Shown piece by piece: positions 55,441-64,000 of a DNA stretch of 64,000 nucleotides; position 1 is the first letter of the stretch, and every line of letters starts with the position of its first letter. A program made the position numbers and the translations under genes. The notes beneath the pieces are model-generated. The model was not told the origin of the DNA. It saw nothing but the letters and a program-made list of their open reading frames with translations, and ran no database searches. This DNA comes from Octopus vulgaris (lineage: Eukaryota). Location: the NCBI GenBank assembly GCA_951406725.2, contig OX597820.1:18414001-18478000 (forward strand). Direction: 5' to 3'.

Positions 55441-56133
55441 AAAGGTGATGGTGTTGGTGGGGTTGGAACAGGGATTAGGATCAGGAATATGATAATGACA
55501 ATGGTTTTTGTATATCCCCGTTTTAATGCTTGGATTAGGTGTAGAGGTGGCTGGGTGGTTAAGAAGGTCCATTTTGCAACCACATAGTCCCAGGTTCAAT
55601 TGCACAGCCTGGCACCAGCACCAGCACAAGAACCTTGGGGAAAATCTCTCATGTCATAGTCAAGAGCTGACATATACATCTCGTGAATGGATTTTGCATA
55701 TATGCATGCACATGGCTGTGTGGTAAGTAGCTTGCTTACCAACCACATGGTTCCGGGTTCAGTCCCACTGCGTGGCACCTTGGGCAAGTGTCTTCTACTA
55801 TAGCCTCGGGCCGACCAAAGCCTTGTGAGTGGATTTGGTAGATGGAAACTGAAAGAAGCCTGTCGTATATATGTATATATATGTGTTTGTTTGTGTCTAT
55901 GTTTGTCTTCACTGTCAGTATGTATTGAATCCTATTTTGTATTAAATCTAATTTGGATGCAACATCTTTTTTTCATTGTTTATGGCATGTCTATACCTTT
56001 AACGATATTTTTCAACAACTATTTTCATATTCTTACTACTTGCTCTGGCTATTTTTTATGAATATGCTGAATCTTTATTAGAAATTCTTTCTCTCTTTTT
56101 GGATCTTTCGAAAATTTTGAGCTTATTTTTTCC

Positions 56134-56171
<38 letters not shown>

Positions 56172-56174
56172 TAT

Positions 56175-56476
56175 ATCACCATGACTGACCAGGCTATCAG
56201 ATATTGCTACACATCGCTGGTCACAATGTGCTTCACATTTTTTAGCCTTCAAATGATGCCACCCCACTGGCTAAGCGAGCAGGCCAACAGAAGAAAGAGT
56301 GAGAGAAAGTTGTGGCAAAAGAGTACAGCAGGGATCACCACCATCCCCTGCTGGAGCCTCGTGGAGCTTTAGGTGTTTTTCGCTCAATAAACATTCACAA
56401 CGTTCAGTCTGGAAATTGAAACCGCGATCCTGCAACCGCGAGTCTGCTGCCCTAACCACTGGGCCATTGTGCCTCC
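56175..56476 (-). mobile_element. SINE family C
   Basis: Reverse-complement homolog of 28646-28960. Confidence 0.75.
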
Positions 56477-56477
56477 A

Positions 56478-56551
<74 letters not shown>

Positions 56552-56909
56552 CACACACACATATATATACACACACACATATATGTCTGTATGAGTTAGA
56601 GATTAAGAAACCATCAAAGGGCTATTAAATATCCAATATACCACTGAATGTGTACCTAATTATTTATAGTCAAGTGCTTACGATTGTTTGGCAATATTGC
56701 AATTGAGTATTAGATATGGGTGGGGGCAAATTAGAAATTTACCCAGGATTTATACGGCAAATAAGAAAATGGAGAGAGGATATACAATCGACAAACATCA
56801 GCCAGTAAGCATTCAATTATGTCTATTTATTAAATGATTACACACATATATGTATGAGTGATACAAATAAACGAATGGAAAAAGTCAATAACTGCATAAA
56901 CAAATATAT

Positions 56910-56967
<58 letters not shown>

Positions 56968-57834
56968 ACAAATGAATAATAACAGATGGGTGTACAGGTA
57001 CTAATCCCTTACGGCCGTTTCTGCACCGAGGGAACAAAATCTTCTAAGCTATCTCCTTTATGTCAGTTGTATACAGGGATGAACAGACAAGGTCTGGATA
57101 ATGGATGTGCCCTTAGGGTCCAAGGTTCAGAGGGTCCAAGTGTTAGGGATGTAACATGTATGTAAGTCAGTTAAAAATAGAGCAGGGTAGAATAAAATAA
57201 AATAAAAATAATAATAATAATGTAAGGAAAGGTAAGGTGAGGACTTCAATTAAGGTGTTAATAAAATCCATGGTATTCCATCCAGTGGTATGTAGATGAA
57301 TAAAGTCAATCTCAAGAGGAATTTCTGCAGGGTGCAGTTTACATCATGTTTCCATTATACTGGGGGGAGGATTGAGGGTAGTATGTTAGGGTGGTGGGTT
57401 TAATGGTATGGTCCACGTTACAGGGGTTAGAGGTTATATGCTAACTGTTAGTTTGTAGGTACAGCATTATAGAGGAGTTGGCAAAAATAACTTATAATAA
57501 ACCTATTAGGGGAAGTTTAATACATGAGTATATTAGTGAGAGAAAATTGGGCGAAACTTAAATGTGATGCTAATATTCATTGCTTCTTGACTGAAAACTA
57601 ATTTTCAGTCAGATTTGTGTTACTCTCTTTTACTCTTTTACTCTTTTACTTGTTTCAGTCATTTAAATATGGATGATTGTTTATAGTTTGGATAGCATGT
57701 TTTTGATTTCTTGAGCAATTGTGGCTAACTTTCGTGTTGTTCTTATTAAATAACTAGTGGAATCTATAGTCAGTCAGGAAATGTTTGTTGCATTGCCTTA
57801 AGATGAATTTTGTCACATCTTGCCTTATCTTTCA

Positions 57835-58238
57835 TATTTTACTTGTTTCAGTGTTTGGACTGTGGCCATGCTGGAGCACCACATTTAGTCGAGGAAATCG
57901 ACTCCAGGACTTATTCTTTGTAAGCCTAGTACTTATTCTATCGGTCTCTTTTTGCCAAACTGCTAAGTTACGGGAACGTTAACACACCAGCATCGGTTGT
58001 CAAGCGATGTGAGGGGGGGGACAAACACAGACACACAAACACACACACACATATATATACATATACATATATATGATGTGCTTCTTTCAGCTTCCATCAA
58101 CCAAATCCACTCACAAGGCTTTGATCAGCCCGAGGCTATAGTTGAAGACACTTGCCCAAGGTGACATGCAATGGGACTGAACCCGGAACCATGTGGTTGG
58201 TAAGCAAGCTACTTACCACACAGCCACTCCTATGCCTA
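57835..58238 (-). mobile_element. SINE family A, full length
   Basis: Consensus match. Confidence 0.8.
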
Positions 58239-58534
58239 CGTTTTGTTTTATGTATGTATTACTCATGCATGTCTACACATGCTCATATATACCTAAATGA
58301 TAAACTTCTGGAAAGTTTTACAGATTTTTACAGTTCCAGTAATGGATTGGATCTGTAATCTTCAAATCAGATTTCTCTCATCTGATTTTGAGAAGACTAA
58401 TTTCTCAAGATTGGTATTTAGACAGTGTGTTACATATCCCAGTGTCCCAATAATTACAGGTATAAACCTGAACTTGTAATCTGGGGAGAGTAGCTGTAGA
58501 TTCCTCAATAGTTTAGTGTTGGTATATTCCAATG

Positions 58535-58568
<34 letters not shown>

Positions 58569-58929
58569 TGTATGTATGGATGGATGGATGGATGCATGCA
58601 TGCATGCATGCATGTATGCCTGTATTTTAAATCATTTGAAGTCTTCTTGTAAAGAAAAAGCTGGTTTCTTACAAAAATACAAAGCTCCATTGTTGAAATG
58701 TAGATTAGAAAAACAATACCAAATTTTGAACTTGCAAATTTTTTTATTGTTCTACTTAGATTGTATTCATAATGTGCAAGCCAGCTGGTTGATGTCTTTC
58801 TCAGAAAACCCCAGATTTTCCTGGTTACCACTTAGACATATGTGTGTGTGTATGTATGTATGTATGTATGTATGTATGTATGTATGTATGTATGTATGTA
58901 TGTATGTATGTATGCATGAATGCTTGCAT

Positions 58930-59215
58930 ACATACAATAATCTACATTGTTTTGTTGATTATTTCTTCTCAGGCATTTTTCATTTAAGAGAGATTGTATT
59001 GATCCATTGAAGTTGTATCTGTTTTCAAGTGTGTGCCATTGATTTAAATATGGATGATTGTTTGTAGTTTGGATAGCATGTTTTTGATTTTTTGAGCAAC
59101 TGTGACTAACTTTTGTGTTGTTCTTATTAAATAACTTGTGGTATCTATAGTCAGTCAGGAAATGTTTGTTGCATTGTCTTAAGATAGATTTTGTCACATT
59201 TTGTGTTAGCTTTTA
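58930..59215 (-). mobile_element. Penelope-like fragment (near-duplicate at ~57660-57830; related fragment on + at ~59600-59900)
   Basis: 'KHFLTDYRYHKLFNKNNTKVSHSCSKN' matches the PLE linker also seen at ~12150. Confidence 0.55.
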
Positions 59216-60289
59216 TATTTTACTTGTTTCAGTCTTTGGACTGTGGTCATGCTGGAGCACCACCTTAAAGGGTTTTAGCTAAACAAATTGGCCCCAGTAC
59301 TTTTTTTAAGTTTGGTACTTACTTTATTGGTCTCTTCTTTAAAACCACAAAGTTACAAGAATTTCAACAAACCAACACCAAGTGATAGCGGGACAAATAG
59401 ATAAAAACATACACATGTATATGATGGGCTTCTGCTCAGTTTCCACCTACCGAATTCACTTGCAGAGCATTGGTCAGTGGGATATAATTGAAGATATTTT
59501 CCCAAAGTGCCACACAGTGGGACTGAATCTGAAACATGGCTGCAAAGGGATATTTCTGAACCACTCAGTAATACTTGTACCCTCTATGCTTAAATAAATA
59601 TTATCTGTTTCAACCCATTATTTCATCTAAGCATAGAGACAATTATATCAAAAACATCCTAACATCATCAAAGACTTCCCAACAAATAACCAACAAGCTA
59701 TTCAATAGGAGCAACACAAAGGTTAGCTTCAGCTGCAGTAGTTACTCACATTATAATCAGTCATACATGTACAGATACAATTGCTATAGACCCAAAGCCA
59801 TGCCCATTATGTGGAAATTGCCTTAAAAAAGAGAAATAATCTAGCTACCATAAAATGCAGTGAATTTATGATTGATCCTGTGAAAACCTGCAACCAACGA
59901 TGCTCTTACTCATGGAGTTAATTTAAATTAATAAAATAATAAAAATAGACAAAAATGTATTGTTATGTGTTGAGTAGTATGTACTGTTCTATCATTTCTA
60001 CCCTTGTGGCAATAAATAGATCATTATTCATTTAGCCTATTCTCACAACAGCAGTAGAAGATATGGTTTGGCACTGTTTCTGCTTCTTCCACTTGGGATA
60101 GCAAAAAGGAAAGACCTATATCCTACAAAAAGCAAAAAAACAAAAAAAAAGGGACAACTTCACTTGAAGCAATGCCATACGGATATAAGCATGGAGAAGA
60201 GGAGTGGGGGGTGAGAAACATACTTAATAATACAGAATGTAACAAAATTTGTTTTTGTTGTTGTTTTTGCTGTTGTGTTTTTTTATTGA

Positions 60290-60528
60290 ATATTTTTAGC
60301 TTTAACAAACCCTATACATGAACAGAACATTTTTCAGAGAAATAAAATTTTTCAATATTTGGTTTTCACAAATGTTATATGTTGAAAAATAAATAAATGA
60401 ATATAAATATATAAATAAATAAAATTTTTTCAATATTTGATTTTAAAGAAAAAAAACAAAAGAAATCTATATTATTTCATAAAACAAGATTTTTCAGTAT
60501 TTGGTTTTAACAATCCCTATGAATATTA

Positions 60529-60563
<35 letters not shown>

Positions 60564-60597
60564 GTGTGTGTGCGCGTGTATATATGTATGCATGTAT

Positions 60598-60654
<57 letters not shown>

Positions 60655-60864
60655 TGTGTGTATATATTTATTTATTTATTTATTTACATGCATATATACA
60701 TACATATATATTTATATATATGTATTTACGTATATGTCTGTCTGTATGTATGTATGTGTGTATATACATATGTATATATATATATAGGTATATATATGTG
60801 TGTGTATATATATATGTATGTATATATATATATGTATGTATATATATATATATATGTATGTATG

Positions 60865-60900
<36 letters not shown>

Positions 60901-61680
60901 TGTATGTATGTATGTATGTATGTATGTATGTATGTGTGTATGTATGTACATATATTATGCATACATATATATATTTATATATCTATATATAGATTAATCA
61001 GTCTTGCAGCTTTACCAAACTGCATGTTTAAACTGAATGCTTCTCAGAAAAATAATTTCATTCAATGTTTCAGTTTTGAACAATAGGTATACACGATGTG
61101 AACATTTCTCAGAAAAATAAGAATTTTTCAATATTTCAGCTTTAACAATCCCAATATGTAAACTGAACACGTTTTAGAAAAGTAAACTTCATTCGATATT
61201 TTCAAGTTTAGCAATCCCTATATACGATAATAAACGCTACATTTCCAGAAAAAAAAGTGGTTTGATCAATATTTTTGCATCATATTTTTTTTCATTACTA
61301 ACCAACTTGAGACAGCCTCATGTTTCATTATACAAAACCAAATATTTTTAAGCGTTCATATTTTAAATTAAATCCTACCAACATAACTTTAATGTAACAA
61401 TCTTTTGTTCGGTAACATTCCAAACACCAGCTCAATAATAGAACATTTAGTTATTTTATTATAGCCATCGAAAAATTCTTGATTATTTTTCAAAAGATAA
61501 TTGAAACATATAGACAGTGTGGTTCATTAGAAATGGAGTCACGAAAGTGTTAACAATTGCTAAACATGCACCGAACATTTTCAGGAAATAAGTTTATTCA
61601 CTATTTTCGGGTTTTAACAATCTCCATACATGAACTGAACATTTTACAGAAAAATAAGAATGTTCTAGAAACTAAAAATT
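60290..61680. repeat. Diverged ~60-bp tandem repeat split by a microsatellite
   Basis: Recurring AACTGAACATTT..CAGAAAAATAAG..TTTTCAATATTT..GTTTTAACAATCCC. Confidence 0.55.
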
Positions 61681-62849
61681 TTTTTTAGTTCTATTATTAG
61701 AGATTGTTAAAGTTGATATTTCTGAATTAAGTGATTTTTTTTGATTTTTTTCTCTGCATTCCTCGTTTTATTCTTTTTTTTTTTCCTTTTTTTTTTTTAA
61801 GGGGCTTTTTTAAGTAGTTTTCATTGAAATAATTGAATAGTTGGGAATAAAATGTGCTCCAGAAACATAAACTTGTCAACACCATCATCATAATCATTAC
61901 CGTCATCTTAGTTGTCATCATAGTTGTCATCATAGTTGCCATCATCAATTGACATCATCATCATCATCGTTGTCATCATCGTCATCGTCATCATCATCAT
62001 CATCATTGTCTTTGTTGTCATTGTTGTCATCATCATCATTATCCTCATTGTCATCATCATCATCACTGTAGTCATCATCATGCTGATCAGTGTCATCACC
62101 ATCATCATCATCATCATCATCGTCATTGTTGTCATCATCATCACCATCATAATCATTATTGTTCTCATCATCCTCATCGTTGTCATCATCGTTGCTGTCA
62201 TCATCATCATCACCATCATCATTGTCATCAACATTGTCATCATCGTCATCATTGTCATCATCATCATCATCATTGTCATTGTCATCATCATCGTCATCAT
62301 CATCATCATCACCATAGTCATCATCACCATCGTTGTCATCATTGTCGTCATCACTGCTGTCGTCATCATTGTCGTCCTCATTATCAGCATCATCAACACC
62401 ATCATCATCATCTTCATCATCATCATTATCATCATCGTTTTAATGTCTGCTCTTCCATGTTTGCTTACGTCACATGGAGTTTGCACATACCAGCAGATGA
62501 TTTTTACACCATTTTACATTTCATCAGGGCCAGGCTGTTCAATCTGCCTCCAGTTCAGATCCTAAATATGACATTGATAAGCCAAGAAAATGGCAAAACT
62601 TTAATGACCATCACTCTTGAATGGAACTCTGAGTGAGTTTTCTTACCTGCCTATGACCAAAACTTTCAAGCCTTGTAACACCGCAACCAACCAGTGAACA
62701 AACAAAAAACATACATTGATAATGATGATAACGATGATGACAACGATGATGATGATGATGATTGTGTATGTGTGTTCAATAATGTTTATAACGCTTGTGC
62801 TGCTTCTAATTTATATTTGAATCTAAATACATGCATGTGCATGTATATA

Positions 62850-62880
<31 letters not shown>

Positions 62881-63314
62881 GTGTATGTATGTATGTATGT
62901 ATGTATGTATGTATGTATGTATGTATGTATATACAAATAATCAGAAAATGGAGAAAACCTCAGATTAACAAACACATCGATTAGACCACATTTGTAACTT
63001 ATTTTTTAATACAAAGCTTGACATAATAGGTGACATAGTATATCTTACAGCTGTTTCCAATCCATTGCCAAAATGTTGTCTATAAATAAATGCAAGAATA
63101 AAGTTCTTCAACTTCATAGGACATAAGGCATGGAGCTTCATCAGAGTAAAAAACAAGAGCATAGAATATAAACAAAGGAAGAAGGAAAAGAAAAGAAAAC
63201 AAAACAAGGCCATGAAAAACTGTCTAGAAACCCAATATGTTAAAAGCACTCCTACATCTATATATATATATCTAGGTGGCACATATAGGTGCCACTCCTA
63301 TACCTATATATATA

Positions 63315-63686
63315 TATAAAAAGCACCATCCGAACGTGGCCGATGCCAGCGCCACCCCGACTGGCTTCTGTGCCGGTGGCACATAAAAAGCACCATCCGA
63401 ACGTGGCTGTTGCCAGCGCTGCCTTGGCTGGCTTCCGTGCCGGTGACATGTTAAAAGCTCCAACCGATCGTGGCCGATGCCGGTCCCCCCTGGCACCTGT
63501 GCAGGTGGCACGTAAAAAGCACCCACTACACTCGCGGAGTGGTTGGCGTTAGGAAGGGCATCCAGCCGTAGAAACTCTGCCAGATCAGACTGGAGCCTGG
63601 AGCAGCCCCTGGCTTCCCAGACCCCAGTCGAACCGTCCAACCCGTGCTAGCGCGGAAAACGGACGTTAAACGATGATGATGATGAT
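63315..63686 (+). mobile_element. RTE 3' UTR fragment
   Basis: ~60-bp repeats, RTE terminus and (GAT)n tail, flanked by (TA)n. Confidence 0.8.
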
Positions 63687-63919
63687 ATATGTATATATAT
63701 CATCAAGGTAGAGAAATGGCATACTCCAAATGAATAAGGTAAATTAATCCGATGGTAGAATGAATCCCTTGAATTAGGTACTGCAAATCTAGTTGGAAGT
63801 ACAGGGGTCTATGTGAGTAAATAGATAGTAGGAAAAAAATAACAGAACAAAAACAATAACATGAGAATGTGGTACATGCAAAGTATTAATAAAACACTCA
63901 AGGAAGGAAAGAAAGGGTA

Positions 63920-63953
63920 CTTTACATTTTGAGCAAAGCTTTTCTTCAGAAAC
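63920..63953 (-). ncRNA. Degenerate minimal hammerhead-like motif (PLE-type end)
   Basis: TTT-CTGAAGA-AAAGC-TTT-GCTC-AAAA-TG-TA-AAG, consistent with CpG decay of CGAAACG. Confidence 0.4.
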
Positions 63954-64000
63954 AGGAGAGAGAGGAAAGTCCAAAGAAAAGGAAGACGGAAGAAAAGAAT

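Overview
This is AT-rich, very repeat-dense eukaryotic DNA. The repeat families look like those of an octopus (cephalopod) genome, which is a recognition-based inference. No conventional host protein-coding gene is recognisable, and almost all ORFs in the track are translations of (TA)n, (CA)n, (ATT)n, (CAT)n or (AGT)n microsatellites. The window holds more than 20 copies of a tRNA/CORE-type SINE with an internal microsatellite and two further tRNA-derived SINE families. It also holds two 5'-truncated RTE-clade LINEs whose RT carries an inserted C4HC3 (PHD-like) finger, many RTE 3' ends with a variable ~60-bp repeat, and R4/Dong-like, Tx1-like and BovB-like LINE remnants. Further elements are Penelope-like (GIY-YIG) remnants, Tc1/mariner and Helentron-type elements, and a U6 snRNA copy fused to a SINE. 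The main hidden signal is about a dozen minimal hammerhead-ribozyme-like motifs from different families. They sit in Penelope 3' ends, in long inverted repeats, in a 356-bp 1.5-mer retrozyme-like unit, and in a tRNA-headed SINE-like element. There are also by-eye candidate exons on the minus strand, two of which would join into a 37-aa single-TM micropeptide. All calls were made by eye, with no searches or folding run.
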